From: Lytechinus pictus
Lineage: Eukaryota
Direction: 5' to 3'
DNA: 64,000 nucleotides
Assembly: GCF_037042905.1 (NCBI RefSeq)
Contig: NC_087245.1
Location: 25,980,001-26,044,000 of the forward strand
Positions 40,401 to 54,306 of the stretch are shown in pieces (the stretch's first letter is position 1; every line of letters begins with the position of its first letter). The translations under genes and the position numbers were made by a program. The notes below the pieces were generated by a model. It ran no database searches. It worked only from the letters and a program-made list of their open reading frames with translations, and had not been told where the DNA came from.

Positions 40401-41220
40401 AGGCCCAAGAGTGATATCTGTCGTCTATTACGCCAGCCACTATGACTGATTAACCTAGACGTAAAATGTTTCCAAGGTAATTGGTTATATACCAGCTTGG
40501 CGTTTACCAGCAAAAAATGATGTCCTGCCGAGTTCCTACGGGAGTTTACCACAAACAGAAACAGAAACAGAAACATGTCATGAAAATGATGACTATCTTC
40601 CTATTCCTCTTGCTAAGCGCGAGATAAAACAAAAGGGACAATTTAATTATTAGATTAATATCATATTTATTAATGCCTAATGAGGGCGCGAAATCTGATG
40701 ATATTATGGCATAAAAACAAGACATTTCACCTTTGTAATTATGAATAGGATGCATCAGTTAATATATTTTTAACCATTAATGCGAGCGCAAATCGCGAGC
40801 TAAAATTTTTGATAAACTGTCATGAAAAGGGGATTTTAAGTAGTTTGTTGTATAATCAATATTGAAACATACATAACTCGCCAATCAAAATGCCAGTGTG
40901 CAGCGCTAGCTGATACGTCTTGACAATCAGACCTGAAAAGGGATATTTTGAAAACTTTATGGAATACACGATAATAAGAGGACCTGATAAATCAAAATTT
41001 GCGAGCAAGCAGCAAATGTTGATAAAATTATTCAGACCATAAAAGTGACATTTTTACAGAGCACTTTTTAAAATCAATTTGTAAATCACACAAAATAATG
41101 AAAGTTCGATTTCCGAGGTGAAATATGTTTTGTATATTGACTTCCAAACTTGATATTTGAGCTCCATATTGAACATGATATGTAAATCACCTAACAGGCA
41201 AAGCTAGCTGCAGCATGGCG
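37456..41220 (+). mobile_element. Long non-coding interspersed repeat with recurrent ATGCGAGCGCGAAGCGCGAGC motifs, interrupted by inserts (~38195-39640 and SINE 40307-40573)
   Basis: Starts CAGGGGCGGATCCAG + G-run; colinear homology with 46995-48430. Confidence 0.7.
40307..40573 (+). mobile_element. tRNA-derived SINE, family A, second copy
   Basis: Full-length match to 17859-18124. Confidence 0.88.
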
Positions 41221-42154
41221 CCGCATCCGGAGTCGAGTACGAGTACGGTATAGTGAGTCGATCGAGTCGAGTCTGGACGGTAAACTAATTATTAACAAAG
41301 TTGGACCAGACGAGATCGAGGTGCTTTACGAGCAAGGTTCTGGAAAACACTTTGTTCTTGGAGAAATATACCATTAAAATTCTGTGATTTCAGGCACGAC
41401 TGGAATATCTCCTGGATGGAAAGATATTGATTTGGAATTCGAACCCTTTTGAAAAAAGGATTTATAATATCGGATCATTTTCAATGGCTTGGACAGCTGG
41501 GAGACATTTGTGGTTCTTGTGCAACATCTATTTGGTGTGCTTACATCATCTTCGCTTCGCCGAAGCTTCGGGTAAGTTGTCATGATTTTTTGGTGTGGGC
41601 GGGCGGAGAAGGTCGCTCATTGAACAAGCGCTCCCTGGGCCTGGCCGCTGTATGATGGGGGGACCTAAAGCTACGCACTTTGTTTTCAAACAATAAAAAC
41701 TACCCCAATTTTAATATTTCAACAAATATCTTTCACTAATTTGGGAGTACCTTTAGAATCCAATGTCATGAATCGATTACAAAAGAGCAATTACCTACTA
41801 ATTGCTGCTGCCGGTGTGGTGCGATATCAGTTTTGTCGCCCTCTACGTTCGTGAGTGAATTAAGAGTCCCCGGCGACAAGCAGGAATCGGATCGGGAGAT
41901 GGATAAAGGATGGGGGGAGGGGGCAGATGGGGGAGGGGGGATGGCCCCGTAGAGGGAGTACACGACTTGTCCAATGTGGTGGATGTAGTAGGAGAGAGTG
42001 AAGTAATGACAGGTGATATAATAATCAGAGGACTTAAAAAGGGATGATATATATGAAGGGATCAAAGAGGGGGCGCGTGATCGAGGACACGTGCAATGGT
42101 ATATAATTATGTTGATGATGTTGTTTAAGGAATGATATACGTTGATATCTATAT

Positions 42155-43350
42155 ATGGATACAGAATACTTGGATACTATTATATTAAAACATGTATGGA
42201 TATGAATACATGGATACGTGGATACTTGGATACTATTGGATACTTGGATACTTGGATACGTGGATACGCGGATACGCGGATACGTGGATACTTGGATACT
42301 ATTGGATACTTGGATACGCGGATACGCGGATACGTGGATACGTGGATACTTGGATACTGTTGGATACTTGGATACTTGGATACGTGGATACGTGGATACG
42401 CGGATACTATTGGATACTTGGATACTTGGATACGTGGATACGTGGATACGCGGATACGTGGATACGTGGATACTTGGATACTATTGGAGACTTGGATACT
42501 TGGATACTTGGATACGTGGATACGTGGATACGCGGATACGCGGATACGTGGATACTTGGATACTATTGGATACTTGGATACGCGGATACGCGGATACGTG
42601 GATACGTGGATACTTGGATACTGTTGGATACTTGGATACTTGGATACGTGGATACGCGGATACGTGGATACGTGGATACTTGGATACTATTGGAGACTTG
42701 GATACTTGGATACTTGGATACGTGGATACGCGGATACGCGGATACGTGGATACTTGGATACTATTGGATACTTGGATACGCGGATACGCGGATACGTGGA
42801 TACGTGGATACTTGGATACTGTTGGATACTTGGATACTTGGATACGTGGATACGTGGATACGCGGATACTATTGGATACTTGGATACTTGGATACGTGGA
42901 TACGTGGATACGCGGATACGTGGATACGTGGATACTTGGATACTATTGGAGACTTGGATACTTGGATACTTGGATACGTGGATACGTGGATACGCGGATA
43001 CGTGGATACTTGGATACTGTTGGATACGCGGATACTTGGATACGTGGATACGTGGATACTTGGATACTATTGGATACTTGGATACGTGGATACGTGGATA
43101 CGCGGATACGTGGATACGTGGATACTTTGATACTATTGGATACTTGGATACTTGGATACGTGGATACGTGGATACGCGGATACGTGGATACGTGGATACT
43201 TGGATACTATTGGAGACTTGGATACTTGGATACGTGGATACGCGGATACGTGGATACGGGGATCTTAGATACCTTTGGTTACATGGATACTTGGATACGC
43301 GGCTACGGGCACATGCCTACATGAAAACTTAGATACATAGATACTTGGAT
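42155..43350 (+). repeat. GGATAC satellite (8-bp TGGATACG/TGGATACT/CGGATACG units with 10-bp variants)
   Basis: Direct reading, ~1.2 kb. Confidence 0.96.
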
Positions 43351-45589
43351 AAGAACATCAAGGAGTTTTTGATACTCTGGAACATGGAAAACACATGAAG
43401 AAGTGCATGATACTAAGTGTACTTTTAGAACGAAGCATCACAGACCCTAATTACCTTATTTTCAGATAATTGACATCGTCACTTTTAATCTGTATTTTTC
43501 TTGAGAGAAAAGATAGAAAAGGCTACTTTCATCAGTGAATTGTTAAAAATTGGCTGCTCTCTTTATAATTATAACGAGACATATATCAATTCCCTAAGCC
43601 CATATGATTACAATTTGACCAATTAATCTTAATCCTTTTTAGGATTGATTTTATTTAATTAAGTTGATTTCAGTAAACAAAATATAAATAAACTATTTGG
43701 ATTATTATAGATTTTTCAGTCAACATAAAAGAAGGCTAATATAATAACATGTACGAATATGCAGCTTAAAGGTCAAGTCTACCCAAAAAGTTATTGATTT
43801 GAATCAATAGAGAAATAAGAAACAAGCCAATTTCATCAAAAAACGTATGTAAAATAAGAAAGTTATGACATTTGGAAGTTTTTCGCTTATATTTCGCAAA
43901 ACAATTACAATCATGTACAACTCAGTGATAAGTAATAAGACACGAGCAACAGAGAACAACAAAATAGTTAAGTAAGGGGATAATAAGAACGATATATACG
44001 TTTTGGTTATATTAAAATGACCAATCAATTTCAAAACATTGGTTACAATTCGACAATTAATTTCACTCACTCCTGTTGGTAATTGCAACGAGACACATCA
44101 TAGGGCCAATATCACAATCCTTTTTTTAAACAAATTAATTTCATTCCTATGTCTTGTTATGTGAATGTCTCGTTTTGATTATAAATTATCTCATATGACT
44201 CGTTCTATTTATAATTATTGGCATATAATTTACTTCTTTTCAAAAATTATAGAAAGAGTGAACTTGATGAAGAGAAATAGAAGAGGAATTACAGAAGGGG
44301 GAAAATAGGATAAAAGGAGAAGACGGAGGAGGAGAATAAAGAAAAATAAGAATATGAAGTAAGGGAGTGCAATACAAAGTTTTGTGAATGATATATTGCA
44401 TTATTGGCATATAATTTACTTCTTTTCAAAAATTATCTTCCTACTTATACATCCAGAAGACTATCAAGAGAGCATGGAGAACTGCAATTGTAACAGAACA
44501 TCGGCATGCAATGACGCCTATGATATAATATCTCGTTTTAAGCATAAATTGGATTAAACTTTAATTGGTGGGTTGTAATGTGAATGTCTCGTTCTGATTA
44601 TAAATACGGATAAGTATTAGTCCTATATGATTCGTTCTATATCTTAATTTTTATCAAAAATGATTTTTTTTTTTAAATAAATATTTTATGAATTTAGACC
44701 TAGTTAAAAATTGAATAAGTTGACCGGTTTATGAAAAGACATGACTTTCTTAGCGTTTTTTGAAATGGTGAACAGGAATGTTATATCTGACTAAACAATA
44801 TTACTGATTCGAGTGCGAAGCGCGATTTAAAATATGTTATAGGGCCTATTGCGATCGGAAACTTCATATTTTAAGTACGTTTTGTACATAAATTTAGACC
44901 TAAAAACGGACATTCCTTGCTTTTTTTTTGGGGGGGGGGGGTCTTGTTGTATACATTAAAAATTCTTTAGTAATTTACGTTAAATAATGTGTTTAATTGC
45001 CAATATTTATTATCATCTACGATTATGCTGTAACGAAAAATGCATACACGACATACCTACAGTTACAACATCACCTTATTAATAAACTGGTAATTAGATA
45101 CTGTCTTGCTCGAATGCAGTATACTGAAAATCTATCAAAATCGAATATAAAATAAGAAAGTTATGACATTTAAAGATACGCTTATTTTCAACAATTGGAA
45201 ATTTTGAAATATGACGTGCTTGCACAACACATGTAATTCGATTTAATTATGTTAAAAAATGTCACTTCAGAATTCCTTCAGTTCATTGATAAAGAACCAC
45301 CTGTGAATGCCTTTGAGACTATAGGGATACCGTGTAAGATTAATACCCCAAATTCTTGAAAGGAGGGATTAAGATTTAATAGTGATTACGTAATCTATTG
45401 AAGTTAATGACCGGCATGAGACGAGGAAAGAAAAAAATGTGAAAAAGGAATATAAGAAAAAACAGAAATTCAAGTTTATATTCCTAATGCATTTTAAGCA
45501 CTTTGTTTGATCGTGAATGATATTTTATTAATAAGAAATAATAATAAATGATAGCATGTTTATAAATATCGCTTTTCTCAGAACGGCTC

Positions 45590-45890
45590 AAAACGATTTA
45601 CAGCATATTATTGTCCCATGATTCATTTCAATCCCGCATGAAAAGTGCACAATTTCCACATCTTGGGAAGCATTCCTTGCATTCATCGCAGCCTCGAAAT
45701 GGCGCTTGCAAATTCAAGCATACAATAACTTTCGCATCCAACCGGGTACCCATTTAGCACCTGGGTCGAGAGTGGCAAGGTGTGCCGGCAATACGTCTTA
45801 CCAAAGGACGGTATATAGACCGCGGTGAGAATCGAACACACGACTCTCCGTTTACAAGGCGGGAGTCAGAACCACTATACGCCACGACTC
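45590..45890 (-). mobile_element. tRNA-derived SINE, family B-related
   Basis: GGGTACCCATTTAGCACCTGGGTCGAGAGTGGCAA core plus tRNA-like head. Confidence 0.68.
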
Positions 45891-46447
45891 TTAAAAAAAA
45901 GGCCTTCCTGAAAAAGTCGTGCACAGAACATGTTTCTCATAAACATAAAATATGAGCGCGAACTTCTTTCAAACATCAAGGACGAAAAGACCTAAGTATT
46001 TTTCGTAAAAATGAATAGCGTGCACAATCTTCTTAATTAAAGTATTAAAAGCATGAAGAGCGAAATGAACCAATAATTTTAACAAATTGACCTAGCTGAA
46101 ACACTGATATCTTCCCGTCTGTAAATTTCTTCACGCTTTTTCTTCTTTTCCACTATTCTTTGCATTTATTCCATTTTTCCTTTTTACGCAGCCAATAGGG
46201 CGTAGAGATCGCATTCGGCCTCCTGGAATTGCCCATTTACATTTTCTTTTTTAGTCTATATTTTAATTGGTACAAGAGGAGGCAAAGGCGATTAGACACT
46301 GGATTCACAAGTTCGTCCAAAAATTAAAACTGATATTTCTAATCTTACACATTCACAATCTTGGCCAATTATTTTCTGTTCATTATCGCGATTTTTTTTC
46401 CTACTTGATTCTATTTCACCTCATTTCATTCATCTCCTTTGTTTATC

Positions 46448-46533
46448 CAGGGGCCGCGGAACGGTTTTCAAAGTGGGGGGGGGGGGGCTGAAGCTCCCCA
46501 GCCCCCCCCCCCCCCCCGGTTCCGCGGCCCCTG
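46448..46533. mobile_element. Very short MITE (longer relative at 61697-61875)
   Basis: CAGGGCCGCGGAAC...GTTCCGCGGCCCCTG with internal G and C runs. Confidence 0.7.
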
Positions 46534-46994
46534 TAATTCCTATTTCTTTTGTGCTGTTTGTATATCTCTTTAATACTGGGAGGGATAAGCCAGCAGCAGG
46601 GAGAGGAGGGCCGTAATAGCACGACATCCCCCCTTTGTTTTTCTTTTCCACCATATCATTTTTTAAGTTTCCCTTTCCATTTTACTTATATTTCTTCTGT
46701 TTGTACTTTTTTTAAAGGGGTAAGCAAGACCACCTCGCCCCTTGGTCTGCATGTGCCTGTCGAATGCAATTTGCATCCTAACTTCCCGTTTTCTTCCTCT
46801 TTTGTAATATATGTATTAATTTGTGGAAAAAACTATTAGAAAGTAATGTTATAAAGGGAGCCTCGACTTTGCTATTAACATATGCAGTCTTTTTAAAGTT
46901 ACCTTAGATCCGAGATAATTTATTGTCATGTATAAAATGCACAAAATCTGCTTTCAAAAAGTGAATACTATTACACCGACAAACACAATTGTTT

Positions 46995-48430
46995 TTAGCC
47001 TACATATTTCAACAATCAAATAATGTGAGCGCAAAGCGCGAGCTGAATATTTCTTACATTCCCAGCTATATACAGGACATTCTAAGCACCTTTTAAAATC
47101 ACGAACAGGATAGGGGTATGACTATACACTTGATGTGATCGCGAAGCGCGAGCCGAAACGAAATTCGACATCTCACGTTTTGTAAATCATGAAAAGGATG
47201 CAAGTGGATAAATGGATAACATTCCTACATTAATAATTTGATAATCTGATCTGAAACTGGAACAAGATTCGTATCTAAATAAATATGCGTGCGTGTGTTT
47301 AGATTCAAACCTAGAATCTGGACATTCTAATTACATTCTTTATCATAATATCAATAATAAGAGCGCGATCCGCGAGCTAAAGATATTTGATTTTCCGATC
47401 CCCCAAAAAAAGTTAATTTAAGCGCAATTACGAATTGGATATGGATCCTGCTTAATAAATGATGCGAGTCAAAGCGCAAGTTGATATTTTTATCAATACA
47501 TATATTTCCAGTTGGTTGCGACCGGGAAATTTTAAGGACATTTTTGTTTTTGTCGAGAGATGAAACTTGTCGATATTCCGTTCTGAAAAAAAAACCGGAC
47601 AATGATTATTAGGAAATATTGAAAATATTATTTTCTTACTTATTAATCTAATAAGCCCAATGAGGTCGCGAAATTAATATCAAGGTAAAAAAAATGGATA
47701 TTTTGTAATCATGAAAAGGATGCATGGGTTAATATACTTTAAAGAATACTTTAAAAATAATGCGAGCGCAAATTGCAAGCCGAAAATTTTGATAAACTGT
47801 CAAGAAAGAGGAATTTAAAATAATTTGTTACAATTGATATAGGTATACATTACTCCCCAATGAAAATGCAAGTGCGCAGCTTTAGCTGATACTATTCAGA
47901 ATCAGATAAGCCTAAAAAGGGATATTTTTCAAAAAAATATGGAATACACGAAGAGAAAAGTTACTTGACGAATTAAATAATGCTAGTGCGCAGCGCGAGC
48001 GGAAAATGTCGATATTTAGACCATAAAATATAGTCATTTTACAGAAAACTATAAAATATATTTGTAAATCAAACAAATTGAAAACTCAGTGTCCGATAAA
48101 TATTTCATACATTTACTTCAAAACTTGATATTTTAAGCTCAATATAAGCCTATTGAGCAAGTTATGTATATCATAGATTAGGCAATGTGAGCACAAAGCG
48201 AGCGAAAATCTAAAATAGTGACTTGAATTAAATCCCCCCCTCATCTTATTTTATTCACTCGTCTTACTCCTCTTATTTTCCCTCTTCATTTTCTATTCTC
48301 TTTTCTCTTCTTTTTCCTCTCTTTCCATTTTTTCTTGTTTGCTCGTTCCAAAAAGTGGGGGGGGGGGGCATTTGATATCAAATTCCAAAAAGTGAGGGGA
48401 AGCGTCTCCCTGTCCCCCAGGGATTTCCAC
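46995..48430 (+). mobile_element. Second copy of the GCGCGAAGCGCG-motif repeat (further fragment 48990-49320)
   Basis: e.g. 47759-47810 aligns with 40779-40835. Confidence 0.7.
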
Positions 48431-49318
48431 CAATGTATGCAATTTGATTTAAAATAAAAGAAAACCCTACATCGTCTTTGTAGTCGATTTTTTTTTTTTA
48501 ATAGCGTACTTTCATGACGAATTACTTCATTCTCGCCTGCTCCTAAATCGGATTTAATAAGAAAATCAATGTTTCTTAAAAAAAAACCGCACCCCAAACC
48601 CCAAATAACACCCCTAAATTCATTTAAAAAAAATATATGAACGATAATTTTCTTGGAGTATTCGCAATTTGTCCGAAAATTATTCTTATTGTCCTCGTCC
48701 TTAAATTTACCACTCGTGACATTGTCCTAAATGTCTCCGGTTCTGTCCTAATACGATCTGCATGCTGTCCGCGCCGAACGCCGACAAATTGATTTAGATA
48801 ATCTTGTCCCAGGACAGTTCCAGGAATGTCCTACGACAATACGCAGACAGTCCTGGTCGTGTCCTAGGACAAGATCATTTGCATAATCTTTTACGGAATT
48901 TGGTTGCGGACAGCATGCCGAAATGACAAAAGTAGCTTCCGCAACCCTTCCTGGTCTTGTCCGCGCCCTAGTGGAAAACCGCCTTAAAAAAACAAGCTGT
49001 GTGTCTCGAACAATTAAATGTGAGCGCGAAGCACGAGCTTAATTTTTTGTATATTGACATGATAAAGGAGCATTTTGACAAATTTTGGAAAGAATTTCCA
49101 AAGAGGATAGGTATCTCACAAATCAAACAATGCGAGTGCGCAGCGCGAGCTGGAAACTTTTATATAACAATTTGTGTAAATCAAACAAAATAATGAAAGC
49201 TTGAGGTGCGAGCTAAAACATTGTGTGCAAATTGATTTCAGAACTGGATATATGAAATGTCATTTAATTCTCTTGAATGGGAATCATTACAAAGGCAATG
49301 CGAGCGCGAAGCGCGAGC

Positions 49319-49862
49319 CACTTCCATTCACGAGTGGATACCATGCGCGACCATGGGGTCTCGAAAAGCACCCTAAACACGTAATTTCCATATTCTGAAA
49401 ATGCGCCCCTTAACAAGTATTGGCGCGTGAAACCCTACCCTACAAGAATTGGTAACAAAACGATACTCTTGGCAAATGTTCCCTGAAATGAACCCCTAAA
49501 CAAGTACAGGAATGTTTTATTGTTACGGGTCCTTCGGTCGTCGGCTTTACCTTATTTGGTTTAGTACGACCCCACCTTCTACACCTCGCGCAAGTCGTGA
49601 CTCTAAATACGAAGTGTTGGGGCAAAAAGGACATCCTTTATAAAACATTTTAATTTTGTTTTATCATCCCCGCGAATTCGACCCTAAACACGTAATTTTC
49701 CTAGCGAAATAGATACCCTTTTTTCATTATTTTTGTGTTTTTGACACCCTTATCACGTTACGTACATAACGTGCCCTATCGTGAAAAAGACATCCTTTTT
49801 ACGTGTTTTTTTTTTTGGTCGCGCATGGTATCCACTCGTCAATGTAAGTGCCCCCCCCGCGG
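49319..49862. mobile_element. MITE with ~35-bp TIR
   Basis: CACTTCCATTCACGAGTGGATACCATGCGCGACCA / TGGTCGCGCATGGTATCCACTCGTCAATGTAAGTG; internal ACCCTAAAC repeats. Confidence 0.8.
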
Positions 49863-50619
49863 GGTTCAAACAAGGACAGAAGATGAGATATGCCTATATT
49901 ATACGAATCGCTTCATATTTATCCTTCTAAACATTCAGAATCCATGTCATATTCATCATAATCTCTAGATTTATAGAGAAAAAACAGCAAAAATATTGCT
50001 CTACAATTCTAAAAAGAAGGGTATATACATGTATATATTATTTTAATTATACGAACCAAAAGTCCAGTTTTCTGTCTTATAATTTACTGTGAAAATCACA
50101 AGAATTTGATTTAAAAAAAATAGGTAGGCCTGTACAATTTTATTTTTAATTAAAAAAGAAACAAAAATAGAATGGACAAGAAAGGAAGAATATAAAAGAG
50201 AAAAGAAAAATATATTTAAAAAAAAAGAAGAAAAGAAAGGAGAAAAACAACGTAAAGGAAAAGGAAAAGTGTTTAAACAAGGACAAAAAAATGAGCTATA
50301 TGCCTGTATTGTCTTGAAAATGATTTTTTTTAAATAAGATGACTGAGACACGTACTGCACTGGGCCATGTTAAACCAAGAAAATAATATAAACCAACAAA
50401 ATTCTACTTTTAGTTAACGACAGATCGACCGACTGAAATGTGGATGAAAATATTTTCTGATTCTCCCTTCTTTTCCCCCTTTTCGCGAAAGGTGCATGGA
50501 TCCTCCCCTGTATAACATACCCCCACGACTCTCCCTCCTTCCACCCCCCCCCCCTTTGGCGAAAGCTGGATACTCCCCTGTACCCCCTCCCCCGTATCCA
50601 CAAACATTATCCCAGCTGC

Positions 50620-50890
50620 CCGTATCCTCGTATCCACGTATCCGCGTATCTTCGTATCCATGTATCCAGTTATCAGTACGGTAGTAGTATCCACGTATCC
50701 GCGTATCCACGTATCCTCGTATCCATGTATCCAGTTATCAGTACGGTAGTAGTATCCACGTATCCGCGTATCCACGTATCTTCGTATCCATGTATCCATT
50801 TATCAGTACGGTAGTAGTATCCACGTATCCCAGTATCCACGTATCCTCGTATCCATGTGTATCCACGTATCTTAGTATCCATGTATCCGC
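50620..50890 (-). repeat. GGATAC satellite, inverted copy with a ~65-bp higher-order unit
   Basis: GTATCCAC units with TTATCAGTACGGTAGTA repeated three times. Confidence 0.9.
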
Positions 50891-51132
50891 TTTTATCTCA
50901 AAAACGTAATTTCTAAAAAAGTTAACAAGTACCGGTACGTCGTATCCGTTGTTTTCTCGTTTTAAAATCTAGAGATTTTTGTAATCGATTCATGACATTG
51001 GATTCTAAAGGTAAGCCCTAATTTGTGGCAAACATTCTAAAGATCATTAACCAAGAAGAAAATATCGCAAAACTCACTAATACGAAAATCCCGCCGAGTT
51101 TTCCGAACACCTCTTGATTTCGCCACCCGATG

Positions 51133-51461
51133 TAGAAGGGGTCCTAAAGCTACGCACTCGATTTATCATGCAAAAAAATAGTATTTCTTGTGCCTCAATT
51201 TCTAAAATACATTCATATTATTATAGGATAAAATGAAATTTAAGCGAATATAACTCCAAAATTCCAAACAGTTGTTGGTTTCTCTGCATTTAGAGATTTT
51301 ACTGCAGCCTCTGAAGAAAAAATTGAATAGGAATCGTTCGTCACTCTGCAGTCACAGTTCCACACACAGAGTGCGCATTTGCCCCGGGCATTTGCCATAA
51401 AAACTGTATGCGCGATGAGTGCTGCGTAGCTTTAGGACCCGCGCAGCTTTAGGACCCCCTA
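51133..51461. mobile_element. MITE with GGGGTCCTAAAGCT TIR
   Basis: GGGGTCCTAAAGCTACGCA...TGCGTAGCTTTAGGACCC-GCGCAGCTTTAGGACCCCCTA; same end motif at 41657. Confidence 0.7.
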
Positions 51462-51922
51462 CCATATAGGCTGTCGTAGTGTTACAGTGTAATTATGTGT
51501 GGGTCCCTGCTAGACATGATGTCATGATGATATGGGATCGATTGTGCTCATATTTTCTCATTTATGGTGTGTAAACGTAGATATTTCATTCTAAACTTTG
51601 ATTAAATACCACATCATTTGGAAAATACAATCACTTGTCTTGACTCTTGCACTTTGCAGCCTCGTTTCCATGTCTGACTGTCAGTGTCATGTCACTGACT
51701 GTTTGAAAGGGGAAGTTCATTTAGAGCAGGTCAGACCAAAAGTTTGTTGAAAAATACCAGAAAAGTAATGAAAGATTAAGAAATTTATTAGAATGTTAAG
51801 TGTTTTTTTTAATAAATATGCTAGCGCACAAACATCCATTTGACCCTTCCATTCTCGAGCAGTGAGCTAAAAACTAACAACAGGCGGCCTTATTTACCCC
51901 ACTCTCCCGCGGACATTAATAA

Positions 51923-52482
51923 AGGTTAAGTTCACCGCAGGAAAATTCTGATTTGAATCGATAGAGAAAAATCAAACAAGAATAATGCTGAAAATGTTAT
52001 CAAATTTTGATGTAAAATAAGAAAGTTATGACATTTTAAAGTTTCGCTTATTTTTCACAAAACAGTTATATGCACAACTCAGCAACATGCAATTGAGAGA
52101 GTCGATGATGTCCCTCAATTACTATTTCTTTGTTTGTTAATGTTTGAATTATACAATATTTAAATTTTTACAGATTTGATAAGGACCAGCTTGACTGAAC
52201 CATAAAATGTTAAAATATTTGCAATTCCCCATGTTCATTGAGGAAGAAAACTTGTTTCACCTTCCATTGAGGAGAAAATTAGAATATTTCATATAATACA
52301 GTAAAATACAAAAGAAATAGTGAGTGACGTCATCAGTCCCCTCATTTGTACTGACCAGGATACTTGTGCATGTAACTTTCCTATTTTACATCTGATTTTG
52401 ATGAAATTTTCAGTGTTATGTCTGTTTACATTAATCTCTTTTTGTTCAAATCAACTTTTTTTTGTTGGGGTGGACTTGTCCT
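51923..52482. mobile_element. Kolobok-like non-autonomous element (related fragment at ~43770-43930)
   Basis: AGGTTAAGTTCACC/GGTGGACTTGTCCT ends, ATAA/TTAA flanks. Confidence 0.65.
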
Positions 52483-53410
52483 TTAAATTGACATCTTCAA
52501 GATACATTTGCAGACCTGTAACATGTACTGAGAATGTTTTCTTGAAGTTCATCTGAACTCAGATAATTTTGAACATCTATTGCAGTGCACCATTGTAGGC
52601 CTACTGTCAAGTGATATGCATTGATATTCACTATTTGAATATTATTATCAAGTGAATTGAATTCTACTTGAATTAATTTTGGTGCTATAGTAGATCTTTT
52701 GTATAGTTACAGAAAAAAAAATAATGAAGACCAGCAGAAAGCTTTTGGGATTAATGAAGAAAAGAAGACCTCATTTGCAAGAACCTGCTTAGAATTGTAT
52801 AGCACAATTTCTGTATTCAATCTGTACATAATACACGTGTATACCAAATGAATAGAAAAAAAAACGATCATAACTCTGTTCCACCAATGTGATATATAGT
52901 GTATGAATTAACATGTTTTCTCTCAAATGGCCTACTACATGTATATTGGGTATCAAAAAGCTTGTTAAAGTAAATACAGGTATTCCATGCACATTTTATT
53001 GTTGCATTGAGAGTGTACACAAGGAGAAAATAAGTAGTTTTTCTAGGAAAAAATATTTGCTATGACATAGTTGTTGTTGTTGTTGTTGTTATGACATAGT
53101 TCATTTTCCAGCTGACGTCACGTACATGTATACTTATTACTATATCCCATTTTGTATAGGTTTTTCCACCCCATACGCGCACTATGCTAAAGATATGTAC
53201 ATTGCCGTGCATGGCAGCTCAAGCAATTATTAAAGCCATTGTGCGAATCTGACTGGGTGCACCTACATGTAGCCTATGTGTGTGGGGGGGGGGGGGGGTT
53301 TGATGAAATTTTTCATATAAAGTTACTAGCCTTTTTTCTTTCTATTTTATTTATTTTTTATTTTTTGATGTGATGAGGAATGATAGGGGTGGAAGAAAGA
53401 CATGTATTGA

Positions 53411-53998
53411 AGGGATGGTCAAGACTGAAAATATTTATATCTAAATAAATAGAGTAAAATTCACCTGTAGAGCAAAGTGCTGAAAATTTCATCAATGAAG
53501 TTATTGAATTTTAAAGTTTGTAAATATTTTGTGAAAACGTTTATAGTCATGAATATTCATTAGGTGGGCTGATGATGTCACATCCCCACTTTTCTTTTTC
53601 TTATGTTATTATATGAAATCATAAATGTTTCATTTTTTCATACATGTGTAAATAATGTGTCTCCATTATGATGATATAAGTTGCGGCAATAAATAACTAA
53701 TGCACTTTAATCAGTTGTCAATCCAATTGTTTTAGTTCTTGGTAGAACATTTTTTAATAAACCTAATTTCATAAAATAAAATGCAAAAGAACAAGTGGGG
53801 ATATGACATCATCAGCCCACCTAATGAATATTCATAAAGACATGCCTAGAACTATTTCACCGGAATAATGCAAATCTTTAAAATTCAATAACTTTGTTAT
53901 TTGTTATCCGATTTTGATCAAATTTTCATCATTTTGCTCTGTATATATATTTTACTCTATTTATTGAGATAGAAATATCTCCAGCCCGGACCATCCCT
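53411..53998. mobile_element. Kolobok-like palindromic element, copy 1
   Basis: AGGGATG/CATCCCT ends, TTGA/TTAA flanks, long inverted arms; homologous to 59570-60190. Confidence 0.78.
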
Positions 53999-54306
53999 TT
54001 AAAGGGGGAGTGAACTGTGTGTGGTCTCTCAATGACTGTGTGTTATAAATATTTACATAGTCTTAAAATATAAATTTCTCAGACATGTACATGTACATGT
54101 ACAAAATACAGAATACATTGACCTATAATTGTATTTGTGTAGAGAAACAAAAATGTTTTGAGAGGAAAAGTTATTGTTTTGCTACTTGGTAACATAATTA
54201 TTGCAGTATAAATGTAATGAGTACTTAATAGCATGTTATCATTCAAGTGGATCTATATTACTAGACTACACTAGCATTATGGGTCAGGAAACTGGCCTGG
54301 GTGGTG

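Noticed and set aside
41270..41460. Protein-like fragment SLDGKLIINKVGPDEIEVLYEQGSGKHF
   Set aside because: Short, interrupted by a stop, and not assignable without a database search.
42142..43332. Three long overlapping ORFs (312-396 aa; DTWIRGY repeats)
   Set aside because: Translation of a stop-free 8-bp satellite; all three frames give the same peptide pattern.
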